Shown here piece by piece: positions 56,346 through 64,000 of a stretch of DNA of 64,000 nucleotides. Every line of letters begins with the position of its first letter. Position 1 is the stretch's first letter. The position numbers and the translations under genes were made by a program. The notes beneath the pieces were generated by a model that saw only the letters and a list, made by a program, of their open reading frames with translations, was not told where the DNA came from and searched no databases. Where the stretch lies: IMG/VR virus record IMGVR_UViG_3300028027_000057, positions 11,089-75,088 of that record, one strand, 5' to 3'. Source of the DNA: a virus.

Positions 56346-58367
56346 TTACTTAGCCCTAGGTTCTAATGCTGGGTTTGGTAGTAGTTCAGCTGGGACCGAT
56401 GGTTGTCCCGGTAATTGATTTTGTGGAGTTGCTTGAACTCCTGCCTGACTAGAATCCATTGGACCCGGAGGCAAGTTACCTTGAGACTCACCCTGTCCAG
56501 CCTGAACTGGACCCGGAGGTAGTTCCCCGCCAGCCGGAGCTGGGGTATTAGGTTGGAGTGGTTGTTCCCCAATGATCTGAAGTAGATCAGGACGAACTTG
56601 ACTCAACATATCAATATGCTCTTGAATATGATCATGTACCTTTTTAGTAAGGTCTGGGTTTCTACGTAACTCTGGATCAGAGATTACTGAACGGTGTTCT
56701 TTAATATGAAGAGCATGTAAATCTAGCGTATCAGCGAATACATCCTTCCCTTCCATAAGCCACTCGTTCTCAGATTGAATCAACATAAGATCAGACATTT
56801 GACCTTCAATAATAGAATCTAATGAACCAGTTTCGAGAATCATCATATAATCACGGGCGTCTTTTAATAGACCTTGTTGTGCTAAGTTATTAGCAATCTC
56901 AAGTTTCCCGGCAGTAGTCCGAGCCAACGGATTTCCTACGTCTACAATAACTCGTTTAATATCACCAATCATATCTCCAGTAAATTCTTTAAGCAATGGC
57001 TTCTTGTTTTTACCAGTCAATGTAATTAGCTTAGGTGTTGTAGCATAATCCTTTAGAATATCTAAAAGCGTTGTTCCGATCTTTTCAAGGAAAGCAACAT
57101 AGTTTCTTTGAAGAGGAGACTGGAATTGTAATGACATAGACTGAACTAGTGCCAATGCGTTACCTGATCTTAAGCTAGCTTCAGGAGCACCACGAGTTAC
57201 CGAACTTACTCCAACCTGAGCATCAGCCGCAGCTGAGAGCATTTCCAAGAACTTGAAAGTTTCAGGACTAGAGTTAGTTAACTGAAGGGCTTCCGGCTTT
57301 GCGTTACCTTCTACGATATTTAATCCGCCTTCTAATTGGGCAGTACTAATATCAGCCCCACGAGGAACCCAAAGGTTCTGTACGTTGAATGCGTTTTGGT
57401 TTGTCATTACAGCAGAATACAAAGAGTTCAATGCTTCTTGAATAGGAAACACATCGTACATATCAGTATAACCATATGGAGTTCCCATAATGTTATTTGG
57501 ACATAGTCTGAATACTGGAATAGATCGATAAGGCATAGGACAATCTAACAATACAATATCAGCAGAAAGGAATAACAAATATCTACCATCCGGCATAGCT
57601 TCGGTCTTCTTATGAAAAAACTCGTATATAGATATGTCGTCAGTGTCATCATTGGAGAATAGAGATAGTCTATGATTGTTCCAGCCATTTTTTGTTTCCA
57701 TCTTCATAATGTCTTCAGCTTGATCTGGATACTTTGCAATTAGATTATATCTATTTACAAACGAACGAGTCATAACCCATTCGTGACTATGCCAGTTTTC
57801 CTTAGTCCCGTCGACCACAACATCAAGTGGACTTAGAAGACTGAACTCTAGCTCACCTTCGTATTCTCTTTCATTTGTATCAGTATTGACATCGTGGATT
57901 TCTCCAGCCATTGCGTTCCATTCCATCTTAACATAAGAAGAACCAAGAACGATAGCCATCTCAGCGGCATCACAAACAACTTCTTCAAGTCCTTTTTGAC
58001 GCATATAATAATCTAGAATACCATTAGCTAGGTATGTCTGAGATAAAGATTTATAATCTGAGTTTACAGCCCGAGCTTCTAAAGTCGGACGGTTAGCAGT
58101 AATCATAGCGTGAATGTGTCGTGCTAAGTTACGGAATAAGTTAACTGGCAAACGAACAAGCTCTCCCTGTTCCCCAGTAAACGAAATCTCATGGGAGTTA
58201 ATTCGACTATCGAAGTTCCCATAATAGTAACGAAACATATCTTGTAGCTTAAATAAATACTGGTTACTTTCAAGAATGTTAAAGAACGTTCTACCCTTGT
58301 GAAGAAGGGCAGACGCTGTATCTTCGGACTTTCTAGCTGCAAAGTATTTTAGTGAATCATCGCTCAT
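56346..58367 (-). CDS. portal protein
   Basis: 673 aa near TerL; P22/T7-like features (GTPYGYT, QEALN, GVSSVTRG, SGNALAL); Pro/Gln-rich tail. Confidence 0.85.
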   Translation of the reverse strand: MSDDSLKYFAARKSEDTASALLHKGRTFFNILESNQYLFKLQDMFRYYYGNFDSRINSHEISFTGEQGELVRLPVNLFRNLARHIHAMITANRPTLEARAVNSDYKSLSQTYLANGILDYYMRQKGLEEVVCDAAEMAIVLGSSYVKMEWNAMAGEIHDVNTDTNEREYEGELEFSLLSPLDVVVDGTKENWHSHEWVMTRSFVNRYNLIAKYPDQAEDIMKMETKNGWNNHRLSLFSNDDTDDISIYEFFHKKTEAMPDGRYLLFLSADIVLLDCPMPYRSIPVFRLCPNNIMGTPYGYTDMYDVFPIQEALNSLYSAVMTNQNAFNVQNLWVPRGADISTAQLEGGLNIVEGNAKPEALQLTNSSPETFKFLEMLSAAADAQVGVSSVTRGAPEASLRSGNALALVQSMSLQFQSPLQRNYVAFLEKIGTTLLDILKDYATTPKLITLTGKNKKPLLKEFTGDMIGDIKRVIVDVGNPLARTTAGKLEIANNLAQQGLLKDARDYMMILETGSLDSIIEGQMSDLMLIQSENEWLMEGKDVFADTLDLHALHIKEHRSVISDPELRRNPDLTKKVHDHIQEHIDMLSQVRPDLLQIIGEQPLQPNTPAPAGGELPPGPVQAGQGESQGNLPPGPMDSSQAGVQATPQNQLPGQPSVPAELLPNPALEPRAK

Positions 58368-58376
58368 TTTATATCC

Positions 58377-59114
58377 TTAGAATTTAGAAAGAACTCTTTT
58401 AACTTCAGAAACCGGAACAAGGTAGTTATCCTTTTCTTCTTCAGAACTACCGGCAAATAGAACACCGATAATATTCCCGTACTTATTCACAACTGGAGAA
58501 CCTGAGTTACCCGGGTATGTAGTAGCAGTTGTTGCATATGATACATAAGATCGGATACATGCGAACTCCATACCATATAGGAATTGTTCCATTGAATTAA
58601 GCTCGTAGATTTGACCTTTACATTGTGTTCTAATTTTAACATTATCAAGTAGTTTAACGGTTGAATAACCAACGTATTCACCTTGTTGAACTGATAACTG
58701 TCTTAATCCCGGATGACCAACAACGTAATGGAAGTCTCCTTTTTTTGGACTATCGCCGATATCAAGAGGGCTGAATTTTTTATCACCTTGTACTAGACAT
58801 AGGTCATGTTTATCGTCTTTATAGATAACACGTTTAAAGATTGGTTCACCCAAGTCTTGCTTAACTGCAACCCAGCCATTAACCGCAACTTCACAAACAT
58901 GTTTATTAGTCATAATAAACTCTTCACCTGAAGCAGCTCTAACAGCAAACCCGGTTCCTCCACCACGAAGACTAGGAGCAAGGACCTGTACTACAGACTC
59001 TCCAACTTCCCATCTAAGGTATGAATTATGTAGTTGTGATTGATTAAATGAAATATTTCCAATCATAAAAATAGCAACGGCTGCGAACCCTAATCTCTTA
59101 AAATACTTTAGCAT
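58377..59114 (-). CDS. trypsin-like serine protease with N-terminal signal/anchor
   Basis: GTGF, TNKHV, DLCL, PGNSGSPV catalytic triad motifs. Confidence 0.9.
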   Translation of the reverse strand: MLKYFKRLGFAAVAIFMIGNISFNQSQLHNSYLRWEVGESVVQVLAPSLRGGGTGFAVRAASGEEFIMTNKHVCEVAVNGWVAVKQDLGEPIFKRVIYKDDKHDLCLVQGDKKFSPLDIGDSPKKGDFHYVVGHPGLRQLSVQQGEYVGYSTVKLLDNVKIRTQCKGQIYELNSMEQFLYGMEFACIRSYVSYATTATTYPGNSGSPVVNKYGNIIGVLFAGSSEEEKDNYLVPVSEVKRVLSKF

Positions 59115-59139
59115 TTGTTTCCCTTTTGTTTCTATTTCT

Positions 59140-59147
59140 AGTTGTTA
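59140..59147 (-). promoter_or_regulatory. TAACAACT putative late promoter
   Basis: Intergenic; 26 nt upstream of start 59114. Confidence 0.75.
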
Positions 59148-59149
59148 AA

Positions 59150-60631
59150 TTAACGTTTAGACTTAGGTCTTGTTCCAAATATAGACCTGTACACTTCTTG
59201 TGGTGTAGTCTTGGCAAACGTCCCTCTATTCTCAACGTGTAAATCTCTGGTGTTATAACCATATGAAGCGGGGTAAGGATTCTTATTATAGTTTACAGCC
59301 CGGGTAAAATAAAGCAGGGCATCAACGGCATCGTAATGTCCATCATCTGGTGATCGATCAAACTCATCTTTAGACGATCGGTCCTTCCATTTACAGTGTT
59401 TTATATGTCGTATAAGAGTCTCACATTTAGGATCAATTACTATTTTCTTATTAGCCAACATAACACGTAGCTTATTAATATGAGCAAGCTTATCGTGCTT
59501 AGTGGCTAGCGAAAAGTCAACTGCATGATCAGGATTATTCTTCTTGGCATATATACTAATCTCTTGTATTACAAAGGGGTTAATATCAGACACTCTAGCA
59601 TCGGGCTTCATTAGCTCGTTGGTTAAATAGTTTGTCCAAAGTAATGATTCTTTATCCTGTATCTCTTTAGTAAATACAGGGAGATGAATCTCTTTCCCGT
59701 TCTTTACAATCTCATCTTGAATAATAATCTTATCACCGCGGAAATCGTAATAGCCGAAAAGAATAACAGTTAAATCTTTAAACCCAATATCCATAGATAC
59801 ATAGCGACTACAGAACGGAGGAATAGGATACTCTCTTACTATCTCAGCAATCAACTCGTCATCTACTTCCGGTAGAACTGACAATGTTTCATCTTTAATC
59901 ATTTCACATAGATACTCTCTACGGAACTGAGAATTTAGAACGCCGCCTTTAAATTTAGAGATGATGTTATCTATCTGTTCTTTTTTAAGAAGCGGGTTAT
60001 CATATACTGTTTTCTTTGTAAGTAACTTATTCTGTTCTGCAATTTCAACGAACTGGACAAAGTCATGATCCGGATCGGGACTTGGAGTAGAGGCAATAAT
60101 AACACGCCCGCCGGTATGGGTAGTGGTCGGCACTAATACTGACATAACGTTATAGTATAGATTGGAACAGAATCCACCCTCGTCTACTAATACTAAATCT
60201 GACTTCTGTCCTCGTAGTCTTTCTGCTGAGTTACCATCTGACCCAGCTAACTGAATCTGACTTCCATTCTTAAAGATATATACAAAACTAGAAGCAATGT
60301 ATTCAGGTCGTAGGTCTTCTGGGAAGTCTTCAAATATCTGACGAAAGATCGGCTCAAAGATTGTCTTAGCATGTAGCTTAGTATCTGTTAGAATCTTAAC
60401 AATAACGTTAGACTTAGCTAGACATTCTGTCGCAGCAATAATCCCAAAGTTAAAGGACTTACCTGACTGTCGAGCTAACAACCACACAAGGATGCTGTTA
60501 TCTGGAGAACTCTTATAAATGTTATACATTTCTTGCTGACCAGAGTGCATCATGAACTGAAGCATACCACGACGTATAAGCTCATGCTTAACTGCTAACT
60601 TAGAAATGGCGGGTTTTGCTGCTTCAACCAT
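59150..60631 (-). CDS. terL: terminase large subunit
   Basis: ARQSGKS, LRG...LVDEG, ASTP, FRREYLC, SMDIG nuclease motif, HYDAVDALLY. Confidence 0.93.
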   Translation of the reverse strand: MVEAAKPAISKLAVKHELIRRGMLQFMMHSGQQEMYNIYKSSPDNSILVWLLARQSGKSFNFGIIAATECLAKSNVIVKILTDTKLHAKTIFEPIFRQIFEDFPEDLRPEYIASSFVYIFKNGSQIQLAGSDGNSAERLRGQKSDLVLVDEGGFCSNLYYNVMSVLVPTTTHTGGRVIIASTPSPDPDHDFVQFVEIAEQNKLLTKKTVYDNPLLKKEQIDNIISKFKGGVLNSQFRREYLCEMIKDETLSVLPEVDDELIAEIVREYPIPPFCSRYVSMDIGFKDLTVILFGYYDFRGDKIIIQDEIVKNGKEIHLPVFTKEIQDKESLLWTNYLTNELMKPDARVSDINPFVIQEISIYAKKNNPDHAVDFSLATKHDKLAHINKLRVMLANKKIVIDPKCETLIRHIKHCKWKDRSSKDEFDRSPDDGHYDAVDALLYFTRAVNYNKNPYPASYGYNTRDLHVENRGTFAKTTPQEVYRSIFGTRPKSKR

Positions 60632-61071
60632 TAGCTATTTCCCATAGCCTTCATCGCGGCAATCAAATCTTCATTACTTAGATTACTGATAGTGTTCTCT
60701 TCTTTCTCTGGTTTCTTAGAGCGCAATGTAACCAATATCTTAGAGTATATCTCAGTCTTCTTTGTTTCTTCTAAAGTCAATTCACGCTGCATAGACATGT
60801 TATTAAGTAGAGCAAGCTGCACTAAACAAATAGACTCTTCATCCGGAATAGCAGCATCAAGACTAGAAGCAGGAGCCAATGCCTTGAGTTTAGTATTCTC
60901 AATGGTTAGAGTTTCACACTGCCGGGAGAGTTCTTCCAGCTTTTTACGTAACTCATTAATGTTCTTTGTTTGAGATATAATCGTAGCTTGTTGAGCTTTT
61001 ATATAGCCCTTGGACTCCGACTCAGTTTCTGTGTATTGTTCAGCTAGTTTATCGATCGAGTCATTAGCCAT
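60631..61071 (-). CDS. terminase small subunit candidate
   Basis: Coupled upstream of TerL; coiled coil; C-terminal LSNEDL. Confidence 0.55.
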   Translation of the reverse strand: MANDSIDKLAEQYTETESESKGYIKAQQATIISQTKNINELRKKLEELSRQCETLTIENTKLKALAPASSLDAAIPDEESICLVQLALLNNMSMQRELTLEETKKTEIYSKILVTLRSKKPEKEENTISNLSNEDLIAAMKAMGNS

Positions 61072-61074
61072 ATA

Positions 61075-61377
61075 TTATCTCCTAAATGCAGCAGCTAGTT
61101 TAGCTAATCCAGCATCACTAGCGATTGTATTAAATTTAGCTTCCATTGCATCTTGTTTAGCCATAAGCTTCTCTAGCTCAGGATTAATATCTGGAATGCC
61201 AACTGGTTCTAGTTTCTTTCTAAAGTAACAGATGATGTCAAACGCAATAAAGCCGACTAGACATAGCCCGGCGATGATAACTGCATTTGTGTGGAAATTG
61301 ATGAATGAGAGGATAGCGGCAATAGTAAACAAAACGAGGTACAATGCCCTCACCAATTTACTGTAGGTTAGAGGCAT
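61075..61377 (-). CDS. two-TM membrane protein (holin/antiholin candidate)
   Basis: Two TM helices; adjacent to the endolysin. Confidence 0.55.
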   Translation of the reverse strand: MPLTYSKLVRALYLVLFTIAAILSFINFHTNAVIIAGLCLVGFIAFDIICYFRKKLEPVGIPDINPELEKLMAKQDAMEAKFNTIASDAGLAKLAAAFRR

Positions 61378-61469
61378 AAAAACTCGCTTGTTAAAATATG
61401 AGATGTTCCGTTAACTGCTTTATATATTATGTCACTAGACACTTTCAGAATTGTACTGATCTCGAAAGT

Positions 61470-61477
61470 AGTTGTTA
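61470..61477 (-). promoter_or_regulatory. TAACAACT putative late promoter
   Basis: Overlaps the endolysin stop codon. Confidence 0.7.
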
Positions 61478-61978
61478 ATATTTCCATCGTCTAAATCCTT
61501 TTCTAGTATCTAAGTGTAGGAAGTTCTTAGCTAATCCTATACTATCGAATGATTTAGCACATATAGCTTCAATCCCTTCCATCTTACCATCTAAGGGAAC
61601 CACGTCCGCGGCGTTACCTAACTCATGCTGACTAGCCTTAGCTACAACGGTATTTACCCCAGAAGCTCTAAGGAATGCCTGATACTTCTGACATCTAAAA
61701 GCCGAGGTTACAACTAGGGGTTGCCCTATCTCTTTCCGGACATCTCCAAGCTTAGCTACTAAGTTCTTAGATATCCGTTGTTTCTTACAATCAGGGAAGT
61801 GACAATGACAAGAGAACTCTTTTGTACTGAAGTACTTAGATATGGAGATGTTCTCCCCTTTCTCCCAGACATAATAATCTGGATTACTACTCGGAGAAGG
61901 TTGACTCGTAGAGCTGCTTTTTGACTCTCCAATACCCGAGATCAACAGGGATACAATTTGCTTTGCAGTCTTTAACAT
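61475..61978 (-). CDS. peptidase M15A-family endolysin
   Basis: EFSCHC, VTSAFRC, SQHELGNAAD, FLHLDTR. Confidence 0.88.
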   Translation of the reverse strand: MLKTAKQIVSLLISGIGESKSSSTSQPSPSSNPDYYVWEKGENISISKYFSTKEFSCHCHFPDCKKQRISKNLVAKLGDVRKEIGQPLVVTSAFRCQKYQAFLRASGVNTVVAKASQHELGNAADVVPLDGKMEGIEAICAKSFDSIGLAKNFLHLDTRKGFRRWKY

Positions 61979-62174
61979 ATAGTTCTAAGTCCTCTATTAG
62001 TATTAATCTAAATTCGCGTATAGCATCTAATGTCTCACTAAACCGACTCTCGCAATAGTCTAGGTCAGCTTCTCCTGACATTTCCTCATCCTCAATACAT
62101 CTCTGCCAATAGGAGAGTTCCTCTACCAAATTACCAAACATCTCTATTCTAAGATTTCGATCCGGAGTCTGCAT
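61887..62174 (-). CDS. hypothetical protein
   Basis: Operon continuity. Confidence 0.55.
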   Translation of the reverse strand: MQTPDRNLRIEMFGNLVEELSYWQRCIEDEEMSGEADLDYCESRFSETLDAIREFRLILIEDLELYVKDCKANCIPVDLGYWRVKKQLYESTFSE

Positions 62175-62355
62175 GTCTCTTCTCTTTTATTTTGTTTTTA
62201 ACCTTACACTTATGACAAGTAGGACACTTCCGCCCATTCCAAAGCTTACCCTCAGCGTTCACAAATCGTTTATTAGTGCCGTCAAAAGACCCGACATGCT
62301 TACGCACCTCAATCTTCCCGCACCCTCTACATGTACTTAAATCACTATCTTCCAT
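62149..62355 (-). CDS. zinc-finger protein
   Basis: CRGC...WNGRKCPTC. Confidence 0.7.
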   Translation of the reverse strand: MEDSDLSTCRGCGKIEVRKHVGSFDGTNKRFVNAEGKLWNGRKCPTCHKCKVKNKIKEKRHADSGSKS

Positions 62356-62379
62356 AATTACCCTATGTTTCTATAATAG

Positions 62380-62387
62380 AGTTGTTA
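62380..62387 (-). promoter_or_regulatory. TAACAACT putative late promoter
   Basis: Intergenic; 25 nt upstream of start 62355. Confidence 0.75.
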
Positions 62388-62424
62388 AATATCTATATCC
62401 AGCGAAGCTTCCGTTTCTTATAGC

Positions 62425-62943
62425 CTATCTTATCGTCAATCCCTTTGTCTCCTTCTTCAACAAATATTCCCTAGTTAGGGAATTTGTGGCAAACACCGGT
62501 AGACAATACTGATTCCCCGATCCATAGTAAACCATGACGAATTCCTGAGCTTCCGCCGTGGTCTTAAATCGACCCACTACCTTATCCGAATCACCCCTAG
62601 CAGTCACCAACCTAACCTCCATACAAGAGAAGTCAGGGGCTACCACAACCCTAGGCTTATACTTCAATGCTCCACGACCCGGGGGTAGCAATTCTCTCCA
62701 TCCCTTATTAATATACTGATCTCTATAGTACTCACAATGAAGCTTCAATGTTTCTATATCCGGTGTAACCGAAACTATCACTAGTTCCAGAGCGCCTGCC
62801 CGGGGCTTATCATTCCACTGTTCATACAATCTAGCTAAACTCTGTCCCATTGAGGTTGTATAGTTAATATAGAAACATCGAGTCGCACTATCCTCGACCA
62901 CAAATACTGCACATCTAGGTAGCCCAAGAAAGGTATTAATCAT
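62425..62943 (-). CDS. hypothetical protein, possibly degenerate GIY-YIG-like
   Basis: AVFVVE...FYINYTT weakly resembles GIY-YIG. Confidence 0.5.
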   Translation of the reverse strand: MINTFLGLPRCAVFVVEDSATRCFYINYTTSMGQSLARLYEQWNDKPRAGALELVIVSVTPDIETLKLHCEYYRDQYINKGWRELLPPGRGALKYKPRVVVAPDFSCMEVRLVTARGDSDKVVGRFKTTAEAQEFVMVYYGSGNQYCLPVFATNSLTREYLLKKETKGLTIR

Positions 62944-63158
62944 TACGATTCCCCCATCTTGTTACCCTGTTGTTTAGTGATCCCAACTGACCTAATCTTA
63001 CGTCTTAGAAGCTTCCTATTGCGCTTATTAATAAACCCATCCACCATTTCAGGGTAATGAACAGCCCAAGTCCTACCAGTAACCGTATGCTCAAGCTTGT
63101 CTACAGACTCACTGGCGATTATAGCATCCTCGTATTTTTTACCTAAAGTGCGTTTCAT
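62943..63158 (-). CDS. hypothetical protein
   Basis: AAGGA RBS; TAATG-coupled to the next gene. Confidence 0.55.
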   Translation of the reverse strand: MKRTLGKKYEDAIIASESVDKLEHTVTGRTWAVHYPEMVDGFINKRNRKLLRRKIRSVGITKQQGNKMGES

Positions 63159-63162
63159 GTTT

Positions 63163-63681
63163 CTATTCCTTAAATTTGTTACTCTTTTTAAGATTATCTA
63201 CATGCCACATTGGCTGCAAATTAGTATAGTGACTTACCTTTAAAAACTCATCTCTATTTGTTAAATCGACACTACTTAGGGGTATAATATGATCAATAGA
63301 CCAGTGTCCAACTTTAATACCGTAATTGTCCCAAGTCATACCCTCTATGAACTGAGCTTCTAAGTACAGTCTAAGTTCATCTCCTGTACAGCCTAAATCT
63401 TTAACTGCTGACCCTGACTTATACCTACCCCTAAGAGCTTTACTTGTTCTAATTCTTAAATTAGCCTTTAATTTACGGACTGGTCCCATATCAGGCTTCT
63501 CTTTCCTCTCAATCTTCTTAGACCGACTGGCTGCCTCAGTCCTGACCCTTTTCAAGGCTTCGACGAATGGTTTGAAAGCACGCTTACAGCCAGCCCGCTG
63601 AAGCTTATTATACCTAGCCTGACAAACCTTACAAGTCTTTTCCCCATCTAGCTTCTCATGACCTCGTCTGCATTTTCTCAA
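63163..63681 (-). CDS. HNH-type homing endonuclease-like protein
   Basis: CRRGH...CKVC; LGCT...GMTWDNYG; IDHIIPL; HYTNLQPMW..DNLKK. Confidence 0.8.
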   Translation of the reverse strand: MRKCRRGHEKLDGEKTCKVCQARYNKLQRAGCKRAFKPFVEALKRVRTEAASRSKKIERKEKPDMGPVRKLKANLRIRTSKALRGRYKSGSAVKDLGCTGDELRLYLEAQFIEGMTWDNYGIKVGHWSIDHIIPLSSVDLTNRDEFLKVSHYTNLQPMWHVDNLKKSNKFKE

Positions 63682-63716
63682 AACTATCCCTTTATTACAT
63701 AATCAATGCTATCTAC

Positions 63717-63724
63717 AGTTGTTA
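63717..63724 (-). promoter_or_regulatory. TAACAACT putative late promoter
   Basis: Intergenic; 36 nt upstream of start 63681. Confidence 0.7.
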
Positions 63725-64000
63725 ATCTTGTCACATTGTATTACTATGTTTTTTTGATTGCACAGCTCTAGATATGTTAACCACTTAGAAAGCCCTTTTT
63801 ACCCATGTTTCTATATTCACCCACCACTTAACATACTATAATCACATACACCTTGTCAACCCTAATCTCTGTCCTTATATATGTATCTTTTTCACCCCCT
63901 CCAAAACTAAGCCACTCCGACTCCAAAAACAACCCCACCCCACTACCCATCTACCCCTTCTAGTTATAACAAAACACCATCTAAAAGAGATTTATACCCC

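Noticed and set aside
1-64000. Stop-codon reassignment (TAG is frequent in the DNA)
   Set aside because: Long genes are intact under the standard code, and TAG ends several genes right before the next RBS or start
1-64000. Specific host assignment
   Set aside because: A Gram-negative host is plausible from the spanin-like and ejection genes, but nothing in the sequence fixes the taxon without a database search

Overview
The window is most of a lytic-type tailed dsDNA phage genome (AT-rich, standard genetic code) with two convergent arms. No integrase, repressor, tRNA or CRISPR array was seen. The + arm (1-17.7 kb) carries early/replication genes: phosphoesterase, HNH nucleases, Cas4-like exonuclease with ERF, AEP primase-SF4 helicase, family B DNA polymerase, AAA ATPase, DEDD exonuclease, dNMP kinase and dUTPase. 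It has about nine near-consensus sigma70 promoters, all starting TTGACAA. The - arm (17.7-63.7 kb) carries morphogenesis genes with a podovirus-like layout: TerS/TerL, portal, scaffold, major capsid, adaptor, a very large nozzle protein, GNAT plus ejection proteins, many modular fibre proteins, an M15 endolysin and a holin. Main unexplained signals: (1) an 8-mer TAACAACT upstream of at least ten late genes, with no recognisable phage sigma factor or RNA polymerase in the window; (2) a three-copy structured RNA element (stem-UGAC-stem with GARAGA loop) showing compensatory base changes; (3) two otherwise unrelated late proteins sharing a C-terminal domain, plus a recurring basic amphipathic motif in small late proteins, suggesting a cargo-into-capsid addressing system; (4) near-complete avoidance of CCWGG; (5) an unannotated ArfA-like peptide, a zincin-thioredoxin fusion and a Dps-like gene inside the fibre module. 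All product calls come from motif reading, not database searches.
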